Assembly: GCA_016933475.1 (NCBI GenBank)
Contig: JAFGAW010000279.1
Coordinates: forward strand, 1 to 57,474
DNA from: Thermoleophilia bacterium
GTDB lineage: Bacteria > Actinomycetota > Thermoleophilia > UBA2241
Length of the DNA: 57,474 bases
Direction: 5' to 3'
Each line of letters starts with the position of its first letter. Within the stretch, counting starts at the first letter, position 1. The notes below the pieces were generated by a model. It saw only the letters and a list, made by a program, of their open reading frames with translations. It ran no database searches and was not told where the DNA came from. Of this stretch, positions 38,427 through 48,492 are shown one piece after another. The position numbers and the translations under genes are program-made.

Positions 38427-39856
38427 GCCTCACCTCCGCTCGCCGTCGCCAGATCGGTGATGCGCCTTCGCACCGAGTCCTCGAGCCCGTACGAGCGCGG
38501 CGCCGCGCGGAGCTCCTCGGTACGCCGGAACACGCGTTCCTTCAGGGTCGTGGCCCCGGAGGACTGCCAGCGCTCGTAGGCGGACCGGTCGAAGAGGTCG
38601 GGGCGCCAGAAGTCGCGGTGGTGGTCGCGCGTGTAGGGCCGGCCCAGGTGACTGCCGCCGGGGCCGACCGCGGCGATCTCGTCGAGGGCCAGCGCCTCGG
38701 CGTCGACCGCCACCTCGGCCAGAAGGGCACGGGCGTAGCCCACCAGTTCGTCGCCGAGGACGATGGTCTCGTACGAGCTCTGGAGACCCGACTCGAGGTA
38801 CCCGACGTCGTGCAACAGCGTGGCCCGTGACAGTGCCCCGAGGACGGTCGTGATCGCCGCCTCGGCAGCCCACTGTTCGTCGAAGAGCTTGGCGTCGGCG
38901 ACCGCCGCGTAGGCGAAGCTGGGCAGGCCGTAGAGTCGCGCGAGATCGGTGGCGGCGGCGTTACCGAGGAAATGCTCGGGCGCCCCGTACACGTCGACCG
39001 CGGTGCGCATGTCGAAGGCGCCGCAGCCCACACCGTAGACGAAGGGCGCCCCCGGCGCGGCGAGCTGGTGGAGAACGAGGCCGCTCAGGGTCTCGGCGTT
39101 GCCGACGACCACGACCGCGGCCAGAGAGGCGGGCGCCGTGGTGCCGGCCGCCGGGGCCGGCGCGTAGACGAGCGGGACACCGAGCTCCGCGCAGGCGAGG
39201 ACCTTGTCGAGGGCCTCAGCCGAGTGCACGAGCGGCGGGTTCGGCATGGCGTAGCAGCCGAAGCTGCGCCCCTCGCCGGCGAGCTCGGCCATCGCCAGCA
39301 TGCGACGCAGCGAGCCTCCGTCGTGGGCCGTCGTGAGCAACGGCTTGCGCGTGCCGGCGAGCATCGCCGCGAACTGCGCGAGGTCGCCCGTCGCCGCGGC
39401 GGCGTCGGCCGGCAGCCCCATCGACATGACGAAGTCGATGTCGGGGAGCTCCTCGCAGAGCGCCGCCATGCCCTCGACATCGGCGGTCGTGGCTCGCCGG
39501 CGCTCTCCGGAGTCGGGGTCGCAGACGTAGACGCAGTCGGAGCCGGTGCCGAAGTGGCTGAAGCCGTCGGCGATCTCGAGCGGAGCCGGCTCGCCACGCC
39601 GCGAGTGCCCACTCCCCGCGACCTCGGGCCGCGACTTCAGGGCGAAGCGGCGCGGCACCGTGTGCAGGGCGCGGTCGACCAGCGCCGTCGGGATGCGGGC
39701 GCGCGTGCCGTCGAGGCGCGCGCCCGCCCCCGCCAGCAACTCGCGGGCGCGCGCCTCGCGCACCTCGACCCCGGTCTCCTCGAGGACGGCGAGCGTCGCG
39801 TCGTGGACGCGCCAGCAGGCGTCGTCGTCCCAGACCATGAGCCGGGCGCCGCTCAC
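38423..39856 (-). CDS. MttB-superfamily methyltransferase (non-Pyl), paralogue 3
   Basis: GTG overlaps the upstream stop. FGTGSD, GTTAPASLA, DMRT, DAKLFDEQ, HDVGYLESG, VGPGGSHL. Confidence 0.9.
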   Translation of the reverse strand: MSGARLMVWDDDACWRVHDATLAVLEETGVEVREARARELLAGAGARLDGTRARIPTALVDRALHTVPRRFALKSRPEVAGSGHSRRGEPAPLEIADGFSHFGTGSDCVYVCDPDSGERRRATTADVEGMAALCEELPDIDFVMSMGLPADAAAATGDLAQFAAMLAGTRKPLLTTAHDGGSLRRMLAMAELAGEGRSFGCYAMPNPPLVHSAEALDKVLACAELGVPLVYAPAPAAGTTAPASLAAVVVVGNAETLSGLVLHQLAAPGAPFVYGVGCGAFDMRTAVDVYGAPEHFLGNAAATDLARLYGLPSFAYAAVADAKLFDEQWAAEAAITTVLGALSRATLLHDVGYLESGLQSSYETIVLGDELVGYARALLAEVAVDAEALALDEIAAVGPGGSHLGRPYTRDHHRDFWRPDLFDRSAYERWQSSGATTLKERVFRRTEELRAAPRSYGLEDSVRRRITDLATASGGEA

Positions 39857-41322
39857 CGGCCCTCCGCGAGCTCGGCGTCGGCGCGCGCCACGATCGCGCG
39901 CAGCTCGGCGTGGACGTCTTCGGGCAGCGGAGCGGGGTCGTAGGTGTCGAGGATCTCGTCGGCGATCTCGGTCGCCCTCTCGAGAGCGCCCTGCTTGCCA
40001 CCCTGCAGCCACACGTCGTAGGGCGTACGGTCCCAGACCGTCGGGCGCCAGATCTCCTCCATGTGGCGACGGGTGTGCTTCTCGGCCAGGTAGGTGCCGT
40101 TGGGCCCGATGCGCTCGATCGCCTCGAGGGCCAGGGTCTCGTCGTCGACGACGACCCCGCCGGCGACCTTCTGCACGATGCCGTAGATCTCGCTCTCCAT
40201 CACCATGTGCGGGTAGGAGAGGACCTTCGAGCCGTTCAGCAGGCCACAGCCGTTCATCATGTCGGCGCAGGTCATGACGCTGGCAAAGGTCGACAGTGAG
40301 TCGTCGACCGCCGCCTGCCAGTCGGGCTCCTTGGCGCCGGTCGCCATCGTCCCCATCGCCATCGGCACGCCGTAGAAATGAGCGAGCTGCGTGGAGGCGG
40401 CGGCCAGGAGGTAGTCCTCGGGGCTGCCGCCCGTATAGCCGCCCGTCTTGAGGTCGATGACGCTCGGGGCGCCGGCGAAGAAGGCCGGGACTCCGGGGGA
40501 GGCGAGCTCGAGCAGGACCACGCCGGAGAGCGCCTCAGCGTTCTGCACGACTAGGGTGCCGGCGAGCGTCGCCGGCCCTGTCCCCGCGGCCAGCGGCATC
40601 GGCATGAAGCCGCTGGCGAGACCGTGCTCGGCGGCGACCAGGTTGGCCTCGAGGTTAGGGCCGTCGTGGGCCAGCGGGTCGACGGCGCACTGCATGAAGC
40701 TGAGGATCGGCCGGCGGCGCAGCTCGTCGCTGCCGCCGGCGATCGCCGCCGCCATCTCGACGAGGTAGCGCGCCGGCTTCTCGCCCACGGTCGTCACCGT
40801 CTGGAAGTGCTTGCTCGTGTTGGTGAGGACCGCCTCGGCGTCGTGCAGCGCCTTGGTCGCCGGCGGTACATCCTGCGAGGTGACGACCGGACCCCAGTAA
40901 TAGCTTACGTTGGGGAGGGCGTCGACGAAGCGCGCCGAAGTGGCCGCGTCGGCCTTCGTCGAGGGTCGCTTCTCCCCGGTGCGGTGGTCGTGGACGAAGA
41001 CACCGCTGCCGTCGTTGGAGAGGTAGCAGTGAGCGCGGTCGATGGTCATGTCGCACTCGGGGTCGCGCCCCGCGAGGAGGTACCGGGAGGGCACCTGCGC
41101 CACCGCCTCGGCGACGACGGCACGGGGCACCTTCACGACCTGCGTGGCGCGGTCGACCGCGCAGCCGCCCTTCTCCAGCACATCGAGGGCGCGCGTACTG
41201 GGGAAGCGGACGCCGGTCTCCTCGAGAACCTCGAGCGTCGCTTCGTGGATGCGCTCGAGCTCGCTCGACGAGAGGACGTCCCAGCGGAGACGCGGGATGA
41301 TGGGGTTGATCCTCGACGACAT
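39853..41322 (-). CDS. MttB-superfamily methyltransferase (non-Pyl), paralogue 4
   Basis: IHEATLEVLEETGV, GTGPATLAG, NAEALSG, DLKTG, IGPNGTYL..HTRRHM. Confidence 0.92.
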   Translation of the reverse strand: MSSRINPIIPRLRWDVLSSSELERIHEATLEVLEETGVRFPSTRALDVLEKGGCAVDRATQVVKVPRAVVAEAVAQVPSRYLLAGRDPECDMTIDRAHCYLSNDGSGVFVHDHRTGEKRPSTKADAATSARFVDALPNVSYYWGPVVTSQDVPPATKALHDAEAVLTNTSKHFQTVTTVGEKPARYLVEMAAAIAGGSDELRRRPILSFMQCAVDPLAHDGPNLEANLVAAEHGLASGFMPMPLAAGTGPATLAGTLVVQNAEALSGVVLLELASPGVPAFFAGAPSVIDLKTGGYTGGSPEDYLLAAASTQLAHFYGVPMAMGTMATGAKEPDWQAAVDDSLSTFASVMTCADMMNGCGLLNGSKVLSYPHMVMESEIYGIVQKVAGGVVVDDETLALEAIERIGPNGTYLAEKHTRRHMEEIWRPTVWDRTPYDVWLQGGKQGALERATEIADEILDTYDPAPLPEDVHAELRAIVARADAELAEGR

Positions 41323-41463
41323 GGACGGCGACCTCGCTCGTTGACCGACGACAGGGGTGGGGCAGGAGGAGGTCAGGCGTGGCCTGCCCCCTCAGGGCGC
41401 GGCCGAGCGAAGGTTACAGGCCGCAGGCGCGGTTGATCGTGCTGACGGAGTCCGCATGCACGC

Positions 41464-41476
41464 GGCTACTCTAGCA
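41464..41476 (-). promoter_or_regulatory. Extended -10 promoter TGCTAGAGTAGCC (identical copy at 44260-44272)
   Basis: The same 13-mer lies upstream of two minus-strand mttB transcription units. Confidence 0.5.
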
Positions 41477-41655
41477 CCGGCCCGTCGGCCGGTACACCTG
41501 CCGCGCGCGAGGACCGCGCGCCCCCCTCGCCCGCGCCGCTCGCGCGACGCGCGGGGCGCCGGTACAGTGAGCGCACGTGGCACGGAGAGCCGGCGGACGG
41601 CAGGTGCGGGCCAGCTCACTGTCTCCGCGACCGCGAGCCGAGAGGGGGCCGCAGC

Positions 41656-42741
41656 ATGAGGATCGTCTGCGACTGCGAGAAGGTCCGCCGCAACGCGGCG
41701 GCCGTCGTCGCGCTCTGCGCGCCCTACGGCATCGCCGTAGTCGGGGTCACCAAGTGCGTCTGCGGCGAGCCTGAGGTGGGCCGCGCGATGCTGGCCGGCG
41801 GCTGCACGATGCTGGCGGATGCGCGCCTCGACGACATCCGCCGCCTGCGTGCCGGCGGCATCGAGGCGCCTGTCATGCTGCTCCGCCTGCCCGCCTTGAG
41901 CGAAGTCGACGAGGTCGTGGTCCTGGTCGAGTGGAGCCTCGTCTCCGAGGTCGAGACCGCACGCGCTCTGGCGGTCGCGGCCGCGCGGCAGGGCCTCCTC
42001 CACCGCGTTCTGCTCATGGTCGAGACCGGCGACCGCCGGGAGGGCGTCATGCCCGCCGACGCGGTCGCCGTCGCGCGCGAGCTCGACGGCCTCCCGGGCC
42101 TGGAGCTTGCCGGGCTCGCCACCACCCTCAACTGCCTCTGCGGCGTGCTGCCGACGCCGCGTCACCAGCAGGAATTCGTCGAGACAGTCGAGATGGTCGA
42201 GGCCGCCCTCGGCCGCCGTCTCGAGATCGTCTCCGGCGGCCACACCGGCAACCTCCACCTCATCAAGGCCGGGCAGGTGCCGGCGCGCTTCGACCAGGTC
42301 CGCGTCGGCGAAGCGATCCTGACGGGCACCGACTTCTCCACCTGGGCCGACCTCGGCGTCCCCCACCAGGACGTTTTCAAGGTCTACGCCGAGGTCATCG
42401 AGGTCAAGGAGAAACCCTCGGCCCCCGACGGCGCCGTCGGTCGCGACGCCTTCATGCGCGTGCGCGAGTGGCCGGACCGCGGTGTGCGGAGGCGGGCGAT
42501 CCTCGCCCTCGGCGAGATCGACCTCGACACCGCGAGCCTCAGACCGTCGCGCCCCGGCCTCGAGGTCGTCGGCTCCAGCTCCGACCATCTCGTCCTCGAC
42601 GTCACCGACGCGCGACCGCCGGTACGACTCGGCGAGGAGCTCGAGTTCGACACCCTGTACCCCGCGGTATCGACCGGCTGGTCGAGCACGTTGACCACCA
42701 AGGTGGTACTGCCGATGCGGGACGCGGGCGCCTCCGGCTGA
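41656..42741 (+). CDS. Alanine/ornithine racemase-family PLP enzyme
   Basis: GVTK (PLP Lys), LMVETGDRREG, NCLCG, SGG, RVGEAI, SSDHL. Orr/YhfX-like fold-type III. Confidence 0.88.
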   Translation: MRIVCDCEKVRRNAAAVVALCAPYGIAVVGVTKCVCGEPEVGRAMLAGGCTMLADARLDDIRRLRAGGIEAPVMLLRLPALSEVDEVVVLVEWSLVSEVETARALAVAAARQGLLHRVLLMVETGDRREGVMPADAVAVARELDGLPGLELAGLATTLNCLCGVLPTPRHQQEFVETVEMVEAALGRRLEIVSGGHTGNLHLIKAGQVPARFDQVRVGEAILTGTDFSTWADLGVPHQDVFKVYAEVIEVKEKPSAPDGAVGRDAFMRVREWPDRGVRRRAILALGEIDLDTASLRPSRPGLEVVGSSSDHLVLDVTDARPPVRLGEELEFDTLYPAVSTGWSSTLTTKVVLPMRDAGASG

Positions 42742-42809
42742 CCGACGCCGCGGTGTCCGCACCGCGAGCGCAGACGTCACCGAGTCCGGCGCGCGCCGTC
42801 GGCGCCCGC

Positions 42810-44228
42810 CTACGAAGCGTGCGCCTCCCGCTCCTCCCCCGCTTTCGCGACCAGCACGGCCAGACCCGCGGCGACGTCCGCGTCGAGCTCGAACTCGCGC
42901 GGCTCGGCGAGCAGCGCCGCCGCGCGCTCCCGTGCCCTGTCGAGGAGGGTCTTCGAGCCCTCGGCCTGCCAGCGGTCGAAGACGCCGTGGTCGAAAAGGT
43001 CGGACTGCCAGATCTCGCGGAAGTGCTTCCTCGTGTAGGGCCGGGCCAGGTGGTTGCCGCCCGGCCCGACGGCGAGGATCTCCTCGACGGCGAGGGCCTC
43101 GTCGTCCACCGGCAGCTCGGCCATGAACGCCTTGGCGTAGCTCACCAGGTGGTCGCCGACGACGATCGACTCGTACGAGCTCTGCAGCCCCGACTCGAGG
43201 TAGCCGACATCGTGCAGCAGCGTCGCCCGCGACAGGGCGCCGAGCACGGCGGTGAGGGCGGCCTCGGCGGTCCACTGCTGGTCGAGCGTCTTCGAGTCAC
43301 AGCAGGCCGCGTAGGCGAAGCTCGGCAGGCCGTACCAGCGCGCGAGGTCGGTCTGCGCCTGGTGACCGGCGAAGACGCGCGCCGATGAGTACACGTCGAC
43401 CATGGTACGCATGTTCATGGCGCCGACGCCGGCGCCCCAGACGAAGGGCGCGCCGGCCTTCGCCGCCTGGCTCAGCACGAGACCGGCGAGCACCTCGGCG
43501 TTGGCGACGACGGCGACGGCGCCGATCGAGGCGGGCGCCGTCGTGCCGGCATTGGTCCCCGGGGCCCAGATGAGGGGTACGCCCAACTCGGCGCAAGCGA
43601 TGACTTTGCTCGCGCCGTCCTCGTCGAGCATGAGCGGCGGTGAGGGCATAGCGTAGATGCCGAAGCTGTCGGCGGCGCCGGCCAGCACGCACATCTCGCG
43701 GATCCTCGCCACCACATGGCCGTCGCGCGGCGCGACCAGGAGCGGCTTGCGCGTGCCACGGAGCATGGCCTCGACCTGGGCGACGTCGTCGACCGCCTGT
43801 GGCACGTCCTCGGGCAGGCCCATGGACATGACGAAGTCGAGGTTTTCGAGCTTCTCGCAGAGGACGGCCTGACCCTCGACGTCGGCCTTGCGCACGCGGC
43901 GGCGCTCGCCGGTCTCGAGGTCTCTCAGGTAGAGGACGTCGGAGCCGGTGCCGAAGTAGCTGTGGGCCACGTCGAGGACGAGCGGCTCGGTCGCGCCGGC
44001 GCGCGGCTTCAGCGACCAGGTGCGCGGCGCGATCTCGAGCGCGGTCTCGACCACGGGCGCGGGCAGGCGGACGCGCGTGCCCTCGACCCGCGCGCCGGCG
44101 GCGGCAAAGAACTCGCGTGCCGGCGCGTACTTGACCTCGACCCCGGACTCGGCCAGCACGCGCAACGTGGCCTCGTGCACCCGGTGGCACGCGTCGTCGT
44201 CCCACACCCTCAGCATCGCGCTGTTCAC
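42810..44228 (-). CDS. MttB-superfamily methyltransferase (non-Pyl), paralogue 5; close relative of paralogue 3
   Basis: VWDDDACHRVHEATL, FGTGSD, DSKTLDQQ, LSRATLLHDVGYLESGLQSSYE, VGPGGNHL. Confidence 0.92.
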   Translation of the reverse strand: MNSAMLRVWDDDACHRVHEATLRVLAESGVEVKYAPAREFFAAAGARVEGTRVRLPAPVVETALEIAPRTWSLKPRAGATEPLVLDVAHSYFGTGSDVLYLRDLETGERRRVRKADVEGQAVLCEKLENLDFVMSMGLPEDVPQAVDDVAQVEAMLRGTRKPLLVAPRDGHVVARIREMCVLAGAADSFGIYAMPSPPLMLDEDGASKVIACAELGVPLIWAPGTNAGTTAPASIGAVAVVANAEVLAGLVLSQAAKAGAPFVWGAGVGAMNMRTMVDVYSSARVFAGHQAQTDLARWYGLPSFAYAACCDSKTLDQQWTAEAALTAVLGALSRATLLHDVGYLESGLQSSYESIVVGDHLVSYAKAFMAELPVDDEALAVEEILAVGPGGNHLARPYTRKHFREIWQSDLFDHGVFDRWQAEGSKTLLDRARERAAALLAEPREFELDADVAAGLAVLVAKAGEEREAHAS

Positions 44229-44457
44229 ACCCGACCTCCTCTGCGGCTCCTCCGGCGGCGGCTACTCTAGCATCGTCCCGGGGCGCGCGTGGGCCCGCCG
44301 GCGCCGACGTCGCGCGGGCAGCGGCCAGGCGGCGGCGTCGTGAACGTCACGGCCGAGCCGCGGCGAGGCCTGCGGCGACGGGCGTGCGAAGTTCGCGCGG
44401 CGCCGCGACGAGCGTCGCCGATGCTTGGGCGAACCTCGGTCGCCGTGAGCCCCGCCC

Positions 44458-44486
44458 TTTACCCCACCCGGCGGCGGAGGTACTGT
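44458..44486 (+). promoter_or_regulatory. Putative sigma70-type promoter of the Pyl-mttB
   Basis: TTTACC-N17-TACTGT, followed by GGAGGT RBS and GTG at 44517. Confidence 0.5.
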
Positions 44487-44516
44487 GAGGTCGAAGGGGC
44501 TCCCGGAGGTGATCAC

Positions 44517-45986
44517 GTGAAACGCAACCTACACGCCGGACATGCGCGCAGCGGCGGCCTCAGCCTCAACGTCTTCACCGAGGCCGAGATGGACGACATC
44601 CACTTCGCGACCCTGGAGGTGCTCGAGCGCACCGGGGTCTGGGTCGAGGACGACGACGCGCTCGACGTCTTCGCCGACGGCGGCTGCCGTGTCGACCGCG
44701 AGACGCGCCGGGTCAACATCCCGCCGCACGTCGTCGAGGAGGCGATCCGCTCCACTCCGGCCAGCCTCGTGCGCGGGGCGCGCGACCCGAAGGACCGGCT
44801 CCTCCTCGAGCCGGGTCGCGTCTCGTTCTGCAACTTTGACGAGGGCATCATGGTCAACGACCTGCGGACCGGCGAGCATCGTGAGCCGGTCCTCCAGGAC
44901 GTCGCCGAGATCGCCCGCTTGGTCGACGCCCTCGACCACATCGACATGTACGAACCGGCGGGCAGCCCGACGGACCGACCGCAGGAGACCGCCGTGCTGC
45001 ACGGCACAGAGGCGGCGCTGCACAACACGACCAAGCCGGTGGGGACCGAGTCGACCTCCGCCTGGGAGGTGCGCAAGGTCCTCGAGATGGGGGCCGCGGT
45101 CGTCGGCGGCGTGGACGAGCTCCGCGAAAACCCGATCGTCGGTTTCGGCGTGTGCCCCGTCAGTCCGCTGAAGCTGCCGCGCGACGCCACCGAGGTCGTC
45201 ATCGAGTGCGCGCGGAACGGGATCCCCTGCGGCTGCCTGTCGATGGCGATGTCCGGCGGATCGTCGCCGGTCACGCTCATCGGCACCTTCGTGCAGCACA
45301 ACGCCGAGGTGCTCGCCGGCATCACGCTGGCCCAGCTCACGACCCGCGGCACCCCCATGGACTACGGCTCGTCGACGACCGCCATGGACCTGCGCCTGGC
45401 GGCGGCCAGCGTCGGCTCGCCGGAGCTGGCCCTGTTCAGCGCCGCGACGGCCCAGATGGCCAAGCGCTACCTCATACCGAGCTTCGTTGCGGGGTTGTAG
45501 GCGGATTCGAAGCTCGGTGACGCCCAGACCGGTCACGAGAAGACGCTCACCGGCCTGTTGGCTGCGTTGGCAGGGGCCAACCAGATCTACGGGGCCGGGA
45601 TGATCGAGTCGGGAGTCACCTTCGACTGCGCGCAGCTCGTCGTCGACGACGAGATCGCGGCGATGATCAAGCACACCGTGATGGGGATGCCGGTGGACGA
45701 CGAGCAGATGGCGGTGGAGGACATCGCCGCGGTCGGTCCGTTCGGTGACTTCCTCAGCCTCGAGGCGACCCTGCGCCACATGCGCGCGCTCAGCCAGCCG
45801 AGGTATCTCGACCGGCGCGTACGCGAAGACTGGAAGGAGCGCGGCGGGTCCGACCTCTACGAGCGGGCGCGGGCGGCGGCGCTGGAGATGATCGAGAGCC
45901 ACGCGCCCGAGCCGCTCGACCCCGACGCCGCGCGGCAGATCCGCGCCATCGTCGAGAGCGCGGATCGCGAGCGCGGCGTCGGCTGA
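44517..45986 (+). CDS. mttB: Pyrrolysine-containing trimethylamine:corrinoid methyltransferase MttB (489 aa; in-frame TAG at 45498-45500 = codon 328)
   Basis: ORFs 44289..45500 and 45558..45986 are in one frame. Readthrough gives IPSFVAGL-O-ADSKLGDAQTGHEKTL...AGANQIYGAGM, matching the Pyl context of Methanosarcina MttB. Also CPVSPL, SMAMSGGSSPVTL, HNAEVL, YGSSTT. Confidence 0.9.
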
Positions 45987-46088
45987 GCGCGGCCGCCGCC
46001 TGCCGGGGCCGGTCACTCGACGGGCGAGCGGACCGGCGCGACGGCGCAGTGTGCGTGGGTCTCGAGAGGCCGGCGGACCGTCCGTCGC

Positions 46089-46130
46089 ACGAGAGGGGCC
46101 GGGGTGCTCGCGCACCCCGGCCCCTCTCGT
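46089..46130. terminator. Perfect 19-bp stem hairpin between convergent mttB and ABC ATPase
   Basis: ACGAGAGGGGCCGGGGTGC-tcgc-GCACCCCGGCCCCTCTCGT. Confidence 0.75.
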
Positions 46131-46195
46131 CTCACCCCGGCCCCGAGGGCCCGAGAGCGGTCAAACGGATCGCGCAGCCTCGCGTGCGGGTGCGG

Positions 46196-47176
46196 TCACG
46201 AGTCGTCGGGCTCGCCCGGTCGGTCGGACGCGTCAAGCGGCATCTCGCCCCCCGGCCCCGGGCCGGTCGGCGTCTTCGGCAGATCGGTGCCGGGCTGGGC
46301 GATCGGGCTCGCGTCGTCGCCGGCCGCCTCGTATTCGTCCGTCATCTCAGTGATCCCGAGCTCGGCTGCGTGGCGCGGGTCGACCTCGGGCAGGATGTGG
46401 CGCAGGAACTGGCGCGTGCGCGGGTCCTTGGGGTTGAAGAAGACCTCGTCCGGCGGACCCTGCTCGATGAAGTAGCCCTCGTCCATGTAGACGACGCGGT
46501 CGGCCACATCGCGCGCGAAGCCCATCTCGTGGCTCACGACGATCATCGTCATACCGCCGTCGGCGAGCTCCTTCATCACCTTGAGGACCTCGCCGATGAG
46601 CTCCGGGTCGAGGGCGCTGGTGGGCTCGTCGAAGAGCATCAGCAGAGGGTCCATCGCCAGCGCGCGGGCGATGGCCACGCGCTGCTTCTGCCCGCCCGAG
46701 AGCTGGCTGGGGAAGTAGTCGACGCGCTCGGCCAGCCCGACCTTGGTGAGCAGCTCGTGCGCCTTCTTGACGGCGTCCTCCTTCTTCTCGCCCTTGACCA
46801 GGACCGGCGCCTCGATCACGTTCTCGGTCGCGTCCTTGTGCGGGAAGAGGTTGAACTCCTGGAAGACCATCCCGCACTTCATGCGGATCTCGTGGACGGC
46901 CTGCTTGAAGCCCTTGCCGTGGCCGCCGCACATCGCATGCACGCCGCCGATGCTGATGTCGCCGGTGGTCGGGTCCTCGAGGAAGTTGAGACAGCGCAGG
47001 AAGGTGCTCTTGCCTGAGCCGGACGGCCCGATGAGCACGATCACCTCGCCCTTGCGCACCTCGAGGTCGACGCCCTTGAGCACGTGCAGCTTGCCGAAGT
47101 ACTTCTGCAGGCCCTCGATCTTGACGATGACCTCGCGCTCGGCGAGCGGCACGCTTGCTGGAGACGGTGTGGCCAT
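46196..47176 (-). CDS. Polar amino-acid ABC transporter ATP-binding protein (GlnQ/ArtP-like) with acidic low-complexity tail
   Basis: [49 protein letters not shown]. Confidence 0.93.
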   Translation of the reverse strand: MATPSPASVPLAEREVIVKIEGLQKYFGKLHVLKGVDLEVRKGEVIVLIGPSGSGKSTFLRCLNFLEDPTTGDISIGGVHAMCGGHGKGFKQAVHEIRMKCGMVFQEFNLFPHKDATENVIEAPVLVKGEKKEDAVKKAHELLTKVGLAERVDYFPSQLSGGQKQRVAIARALAMDPLLMLFDEPTSALDPELIGEVLKVMKELADGGMTMIVVSHEMGFARDVADRVVYMDEGYFIEQGPPDEVFFNPKDPRTRQFLRHILPEVDPRHAAELGITEMTDEYEAAGDDASPIAQPGTDLPKTPTGPGPGGEMPLDASDRPGEPDDS

Positions 47177-47180
47177 GCTG

Positions 47181-48386
47181 CTACTCCCTTGCCTTGTCGC
47201 GCTCCATACGGCGCTCGAGCTTCGCCTGCCAGAAACTGAAGAAGATGGTCAGGGCCCAGTAGAACGCCGCCGCGACGACCAGGGTCGAGAGGAAGTTGAA
47301 GGTCGCCGCTCCGGCGAGCTGGGCCCGTCGCAGCAGCTCCTCGACGGTGATCACCGACACCAGCGAGGTGTCCTTGATGAGGGCGATGAAGTCGTTGCCC
47401 ACTGCCGGGATCACGATCTTGAACGCCTGCGGCAGGATGATGCGGCGCTGGGTCTGCCAGCCGCTCAGGCCGAGCGCCCATGCCGCCTCGGTCTGGCCTT
47501 TCGGCACCGCCTGGATGCCGGCGCGGAAGACCTCGGTGAGGTAGGCCCCGTAGTTGAGCGACAGCGCCGCGACGCCGGCCCAGAACGCCGGCGGGTTGTA
47601 CTCGGGTGAGAAGCCGAAGCGCTGGATGACCTCGGGCGTGACCTGGTAGATGAAGATGATCTGCAGCAGGAGCGGGGTGCCACGGAAGAGTGAGGTATAG
47701 AAGGTCGCGATCAGATAGGGGATGCGGCCGAGCGCCATCCGCCACATATAGGCCCAGCTCCCGTAGCGCTCCCAGGCCTGTTTGAAGGTCATCTTCTTCG
47801 AGAGGCGACCGAGGGCGCCGAGGAGGGCGAGGATGCTGGCCAGCACGATCGAGATCACCGTCAGCGCGACCGTGTTGATGGCCCCCTCGGCGATGAAGCG
47901 GAACCACGTGCGCATGACGTTGAAGCTGAAGAGCTGGCCCGCTCCGGCGCGACCCTCCGAGGCGAAGCTCCACTCGTACTCCACGGTCTCGCCGGTCAGC
48001 GTGACCAGTTCCACCCTGAACTCGTAGTCGCCCTTCTCGTACCGCGTGTCCCACTTGAACTGGATGCCGGAGGTGGCCCGGGAGATCGCCGGCACCTCGC
48101 TCGGCGGGCGGATGAGCTCCTGCTCCTGACCGTTGATGAAGAGCCGGCACTGATCGAAGGCCAGCTCGGCCCCGTTGGGCTCGTAGTTGACGATGACCTG
48201 GGTGCCCGTCCAGGTGCTGACGCCCTTGGGGTCGTCGGGGTTCGGGATGACCCCCGTGACGACAGGCGTGCCCGGTGCCGGGCTGGCGGTCGTCTCCTGG
48301 CCCAGCGCCACCGGCGTGAGCGCGGTCACCGCCAAGGCGAGCGCCGCGGCGAAGAGAGCGACGCTCCGGTACAACCGTCTCTGCAT
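47181..48386 (-). CDS. Polar amino-acid ABC permease (HisM-like) with N-terminal signal peptide and extracytoplasmic beta-rich domain
   Basis: [41 protein letters not shown]. About 150 extra N-terminal residues. Confidence 0.9.
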   Translation of the reverse strand: MQRRLYRSVALFAAALALAVTALTPVALGQETTASPAPGTPVVTGVIPNPDDPKGVSTWTGTQVIVNYEPNGAELAFDQCRLFINGQEQELIRPPSEVPAISRATSGIQFKWDTRYEKGDYEFRVELVTLTGETVEYEWSFASEGRAGAGQLFSFNVMRTWFRFIAEGAINTVALTVISIVLASILALLGALGRLSKKMTFKQAWERYGSWAYMWRMALGRIPYLIATFYTSLFRGTPLLLQIIFIYQVTPEVIQRFGFSPEYNPPAFWAGVAALSLNYGAYLTEVFRAGIQAVPKGQTEAAWALGLSGWQTQRRIILPQAFKIVIPAVGNDFIALIKDTSLVSVITVEELLRRAQLAGAATFNFLSTLVVAAAFYWALTIFFSFWQAKLERRMERDKARE

Positions 48387-48492
48387 GAGAGTGACCTCTC
48401 CTAGTGGCTTAGCGGCGGGGGGCCACTCCGGACCCCCCGCCGCCAGCGCTTCTGTCCGCGTCGATGACTCTAGCGCGCGACCGGAACGTCAG

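Noticed and set aside
45498-45500. mttB as a nonsense-mutated pseudogene or two separate genes
   Set aside because: The stop is amber, falls at the known Pyl position, and both halves are intact and in frame.
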